NCBI GenBank assembly: GCA_038321315.1
Contig: JBBQEX010000005.1
Coordinates: forward strand, 100,097 to 164,096
From: Haliangiales bacterium
Lineage (GTDB): Bacteria > Myxococcota_A > Polyangia > Haliangiales > Haliangiaceae
DNA length: 64,000 nt
Reading direction: 5' to 3'
Positions 61,301 to 64,000 of the stretch are shown piece after piece (positions within the stretch are counted from its first letter, which is position 1; every line of letters starts with the position of its first letter). The position numbers were made by a program, and so were the translations under genes. The notes under the pieces are model-generated. The model worked only from the letters and a program-made list of their open reading frames with translations, was not told where the DNA came from and did no database searches.

Positions 61301-61905
61301 GTCGCCCAGACTGGAAAGCCCCACACCGCCGTGTTGGTGACGCGAAACGTGCCATCACCCCGCGAGAACGCGATCGGGATCGAGCCCCAGCCGGGACCGC
61401 CGGTGAGCGCGATGTCATCGAGGTGATCTCCGTTGAAGTCGCCAGCGACCGCGACGACGCCCGGCTGCGACGCCCAGCTCGGGAACCCGGACACGCCGGC
61501 ATTGGTGACGTGGAACGTCCCGTTGCCGTTGGAGAACGCGACCGGCACCGTGCCCCAACCGGCGCCACCGGTCAGCGCGACGTCCATCTTGCCGTCGCCG
61601 TCGAAGTCGCCGGTGACCGGCATGGCGCCCGACTGCGTCGCGTAGAGTGAGAAGTTCGCGATGCTCGCGGTCACCGGTCGCCACGTGCCGTCGGCGTTCG
61701 AGAACGCGACCGGCATCGCCGACCAGTACGAGCCACCGATCACCGCGAGGTCCGAGATGCCGTCGCCGTCGAGATCGCCGAACGTGTGCCAGCGGTAGTT
61801 GGGATTGCTGTCGGCGCGGGTCACCCCACTACCCGCGACCACGGCGATCGCGCCGAGCCAGAACACACGGTGGGACGTACGGACGAGACGAGCGAGGTTG
61901 GACAT
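58387..61905 (-). CDS. Large secreted protein: an N-terminal seven-bladed FG-GAP/VCBS-like beta-propeller plus a ~750-aa C-terminal region of unknown function.
   Basis: 1172 aa. Signal MSNLARLVRTSHRVFWLGAIAVVAGSGVTRA. Seven repeats of GDF(D/N)GDGxxDIAL(T/V)GGxGWxT(V/I)PVAFSNGxGTF. The Cys-rich C-terminal region has no recognisable catalytic motif. Confidence 0.7.
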   Translation of the reverse strand: MSNLARLVRTSHRVFWLGAIAVVAGSGVTRADSNPNYRWHTFGDLDGDGISDLAVIGGSYWSAMPVAFSNADGTWRPVTASIANFSLYATQSGAMPVTGDFDGDGKMDVALTGGAGWGTVPVAFSNGNGTFHVTNAGVSGFPSWASQPGVVAVAGDFNGDHLDDIALTGGPGWGSIPIAFSRGDGTFRVTNTAVWGFPVWATQGSRPVAGDFNGDGRGDLALVGGQGWNTIPVAFSNGNGSFGVTNSWVSNFPVYAGQTGAMPVAGDFDGDGRGDIALVGGVNWTTVPVALSNGDGGFRDMNRTVADLPVYAAQAGARAIGGDFNGDGFGDIALTGAAGWTTVPVGFSNGDGTFRTTNATTLDIPQLAAQSGAQPVGALSSPGRGVQHAPGWCDPAPSLLTCANQAYQESSCSAAKKTVCEAAAIDKFHNSLSGTATATILEPHDMKPLLPVARIDMFADNAHYQAFDTAAIAGADPIGSFITARSLGLAHGANLAPQHPDWEAHGTAITSCKEYAYKRYYDYARFEEAAATCLGDDECIYGVAMSGSNPGLGFYLTMDDANDRASRHGLMFQTQASSGQRQDATVIVPTTQVKNPFFTESVADMFQLVPGYDAEGQADLDAIKAAIATGITQPYDTSDRWAWQQQMHDAQGPINLDERAAIDTRVVNYQNALAQVDAVEVALRGFYKTQHCTCTNGPCPPVFGPDDRGVTCTSVLDGRLRNAITELEYTLRIEWNHKDPRSGLVDHGCLALDSKKCDWSPKAFVREYAGILGTARAATYQKCIDSFTPSDFADASNGTGSNLTASDLASLRTLEDAFGRQRARMDAEAQTWPWQTPAALDPLADTLATRSTLALSFPQDGQRYGLRGFLEARWDYGGGWTLTVNKSTKTKVDSVDTDAKVYAYASFTVPRTSVPDPAELIKIPTAGTASYNPGDLLQGAVNSVEDGILAHTYTVVDGAFEASAGHDGHAADIKGHLIFMDKQIIEPFERVYANNQTYEGPNYDNRVTIYNTTKPFTVFGIPCYVSLGVAANYGYTSSFDVAGPVSGGVEKLQLHFEPKAKIDAVGSLGIGVPGLSVGVRGVVMVASLDLPFNVSASLSGPVDAVVLDVYTDASIHTRLLDGKISVFVDYLIDTAEAEIFSWHGLPLDHVMWNRELHINMPALKREFSPRNL

Positions 61906-62039
61906 GGGCGTACCTGGTGACAGGTGTGACCCCTGCTCGATGCGTGGGTTTCGTGCGCCCGTCGGCGGAATCCTCAGAAATCTGAGCAGTCGCGCTGAAG
62001 ATCTCCACGGTTACGCGCGGCCCCCCGTTTGCTTGAGCA

Positions 62040-62498
62040 GTGCTCATGCGCCATCTCATCTGGGTTGTCCTGATCGGCTGCGGCGCCCAGCAGGGCACGT
62101 CGAGCGATCCGGTGTTGAGCGGCAACACCTGCAGCCTCCACACGTCGGCGACGACCTGCCAGATGGAGATGGACTGCACCTGGCTCGGCACCGGCTGCGC
62201 TTGTCCACCGAACGATCCGACCTGTACGTGCTCGGAGGGAACGTGCGCGTCGACCTCGGGCTCGGGCTCGGGATCCGGATCGGGGTCGTCGGGGACGGGC
62301 TGCGCGTGCCCGAACGGCGGCGTGTGTTACGAGCAGATCGGTGGGCCCGCGCAGCAGTCCGGGACCGAGCCGCAGATCGAGTGCACGACGCCGACCGCGG
62401 GGACAGGCGATCCGTGCACGCGGATCGCTGGTGAGGGCACGTGTCGCGACAGCCCGACGGTGTCCGGCCTCTGCGTCTGCGACAACGGCATTCGCTAA
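62040..62498 (+). CDS. Small cysteine-rich lipoprotein.
   Basis: MLMRHLIWVVLIGCGAQQ (lipobox LIGC), a GSGSGSGSGSS linker and 20 Cys. The stop converges on and overlaps the HK stop. Confidence 0.5.
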   Translation: MLMRHLIWVVLIGCGAQQGTSSDPVLSGNTCSLHTSATTCQMEMDCTWLGTGCACPPNDPTCTCSEGTCASTSGSGSGSGSGSSGTGCACPNGGVCYEQIGGPAQQSGTEPQIECTTPTAGTGDPCTRIAGEGTCRDSPTVSGLCVCDNGIR

Positions 62499-63550
62499 CG
62501 CGCGAGCGCGATCGTGAAGCGCATCCCACCACCAGGTCGAGGCGCGTGGGCGATCGAGCCACCGTGCCGGGCCGCGATGCGCTGGGCGATCGCGAGGCCA
62601 AGGCCGATGCCCTGGCGCGGTCGCGTCGGGTCGACACGCGCGAACGGCACGAACAGCTCGCCGTGATCGGCGGGCAGGCCGGGGCCGGTATCGTCGACCT
62701 GGATCGCGTATTTGCCGGCCTCGCTCGCGAGCCCGATCGTGACGCGACCGTTCGGCGCGGCGGCCCGCAGCGCGTTGGTCGTCAGGTTCGAGATCGCGGT
62801 CGCGAGCAGGCTGGCGTCGCCGCGCACGATCGCGTGGTCGATCGCGAGCGTCGCGGTCAACGTGACGCCGGTGCGGGTCGCGACCTCGGCGTACTGCGCG
62901 GCGACCTCCTCGACGAGCTCGGCGAGATCGATCTCGGTCGCGTCGGCCTCGCGGATGGCGTCGGCCTGCGCGAACCGCAGCATCGCCTGCACGACATCGC
63001 CGAGTCGGCGGAGCTCGCCGAGCACGGTCGTCGCGGTGGTCTCCCACTCCGCGGCGGTGCGCGGCCTGCGCAGGTGGACCTCGAGCTCGCTGCACACCGC
63101 GGCGATCGGCGTGCGGAGCTCGTGCGACGCGCTCGCCGAGAACGCCCCGAGCGCTTCGTAGCCGCGCTGCAGTCGATCGAGCAGCGAGTTGATCGCGTTC
63201 GCGAGCGGCCGCAGCTCGTGATCCTCGGCCGGCATCTCCATGCGGCGATCGAAGCGGTCGATCGAGATCTCCGCGGCGGTCTGCGCCGCGCGATCGATCG
63301 CCGCCATCGCGCGTCGCGCCGCGAGCCGCGAGGCCAGCACCGAGAGCCCGATGCCGAGCGGTGCGGCGATCGCCAGGGCGACGAGGATCTCGGTCTCCGG
63401 ATCGTCGGGCGCGCCGCCGTCCGCCTCCTCGCGCTCCTCGAGCGTGACGATGACGTAGGCGACGCCCGCGAACACGAGCAGCGCGACGAGCGTCGCCGCG
63501 GCGGACCACATCGAGAGCGACCGGCGCAGGCTGCGCGGATCACCCGGCAT
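62495..63550 (-). CDS. Two-component sensor histidine kinase.
   Basis: 351 aa with two N-terminal TM segments, the HisKA H-box ASASHELRTPIAAV, and HATPase N/G boxes (NLTTNALRAA, DTGPGL, GIGLGLAIA). Confidence 0.8.
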   Translation of the reverse strand: MPGDPRSLRRSLSMWSAAATLVALLVFAGVAYVIVTLEEREEADGGAPDDPETEILVALAIAAPLGIGLSVLASRLAARRAMAAIDRAAQTAAEISIDRFDRRMEMPAEDHELRPLANAINSLLDRLQRGYEALGAFSASASHELRTPIAAVCSELEVHLRRPRTAAEWETTATTVLGELRRLGDVVQAMLRFAQADAIREADATEIDLAELVEEVAAQYAEVATRTGVTLTATLAIDHAIVRGDASLLATAISNLTTNALRAAAPNGRVTIGLASEAGKYAIQVDDTGPGLPADHGELFVPFARVDPTRPRQGIGLGLAIAQRIAARHGGSIAHAPRPGGGMRFTIALAR

Positions 63551-64000
63551 CGCGTGGCTCCGTCGCGCGCAGGCGGTAGCCGATGCCGCGGATCGCCTCG
63601 ATGACGATCGCGTGCGTGCCGACCTTCCGCCGCAGGTTCGAGACGTGGACGTTGATGATGTTCGTGCCGGGCTCGAACTCGTAGCCGAACACGTGCAACA
63701 GGAGATCCTTTCGACTGAACACCTCTCCCTGACGGCGCAACAGGAACGCGAGCAGCGCGTGCTCGCGCGGCGACAGCGAGATGTCCTTGCCGTCGATCGA
63801 CACGCCGAGTTTGTCGTCGCGCATCACCAGGCTGCCGCACGTGAGCGGCGACCAACGCGGGCCGGTCGCGCGCCGCACCAGCGCGCGGAGGCGCGCGAGC
63901 AGCTCGACGTACTGGAACGGCTTCACCACGTAGTCGTCGGCGCCGCGATCGAGCGCCGCGACCCGCGCGTTCACGCCATCGCGCGCCGTGAGCACGAGGA
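63540..64000 (-). CDS. OmpR/PhoB-family response regulator (winged-helix output); the N-terminal receiver runs off the window end (partial).
   Basis: ..LTARDGVNARVAALDRGADDYVVKPFQYVELLARLRALVRR.. is the receiver C-terminus, then ..LSPREHALLAFLLRRQGEVFSRKDLLLHVFGYEFEPGTNIINVHVSNLRRKV..GIGYRL (trans_reg_C). The stop overlaps the HK start by 11 nt. Confidence 0.8.
   Translation of the reverse strand, partial: LVLTARDGVNARVAALDRGADDYVVKPFQYVELLARLRALVRRATGPRWSPLTCGSLVMRDDKLGVSIDGKDISLSPREHALLAFLLRRQGEVFSRKDLLLHVFGYEFEPGTNIINVHVSNLRRKVGTHAIVIEAIRGIGYRLRATEPRDAG

Overview
This window is a chromosomal segment with about 70% GC and strong GC3 codon bias. It looks like a myxobacterial (Myxococcales-like) chromosome. 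Pointers to that are a MYXO-CTERM-type C-terminal sorting signal, an AgmX/TonB_C-like lipoprotein, many lipobox lipoproteins, several Ser/Thr kinases, and TIGR02996/LRR and DUF4388 proteins. I call about 50 coding genes and find no rRNA, tRNA, CRISPR array, transposase or integrase. Stop/start overlaps of the ATGA, GTGA and TGATG kind indicate many short operons.

Gene content in order:
- An alpha-2-macroglobulin gene with a PBP1C partner gene, next to a secreted zinc metalloprotease carrying a MYXO-CTERM tail.
- A gene fusing a short-chain dehydrogenase to a HisC-like aminotransferase, coupled to a NadR-like gene (NMN adenylyltransferase plus ribosylnicotinamide kinase), and then a WGR-domain/LRR protein.
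- An operon of an HDOD protein, the transhydrogenase SthA and a hypothetical protein.
- A PAS-PP2C phosphatase pseudogene.
- Class Ia ribonucleotide reductase nrdAB, preceded by a leader that matches the cobalamin riboswitch consensus.
- A hybrid histidine kinase.
- An operon of a DUF4242 protein and two paralogous 3-hydroxyanthranilate-dioxygenase-like cupins.
- A bacterial homologue of the eukaryotic major vault protein, in an operon with a membrane Ser/Thr kinase and a lipoprotein.
- A cluster of sugar-metabolism and lipoprotein genes.
- A 1195-residue Ser/Thr-kinase/AAA/TPR STAND-like protein.
- A GST-like gene broken across three frames.
- An Hsp70-like ATPase paired with a lipoprotein that carries a (PT)n repeat.
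- An island of secreted and cell-surface proteins: two LGFP-repeat cell-wall hydrolases, a TSP3-repeat lipoprotein, a HEAT-repeat protein and a 1172-residue FG-GAP propeller protein.
- A two-component pair, with the response regulator running off the window end.

The most interesting items are the vault-protein operon, the putative B12 riboswitch on nrdAB, the dehydrogenase-aminotransferase/NadR-like/WGR cluster, the twin dioxygenase-like cupins, and the two multiply disrupted genes.

In several places my hand-counted coordinates differ from the ORF track by 1 nt. Treat all start coordinates as accurate to a few nucleotides only.
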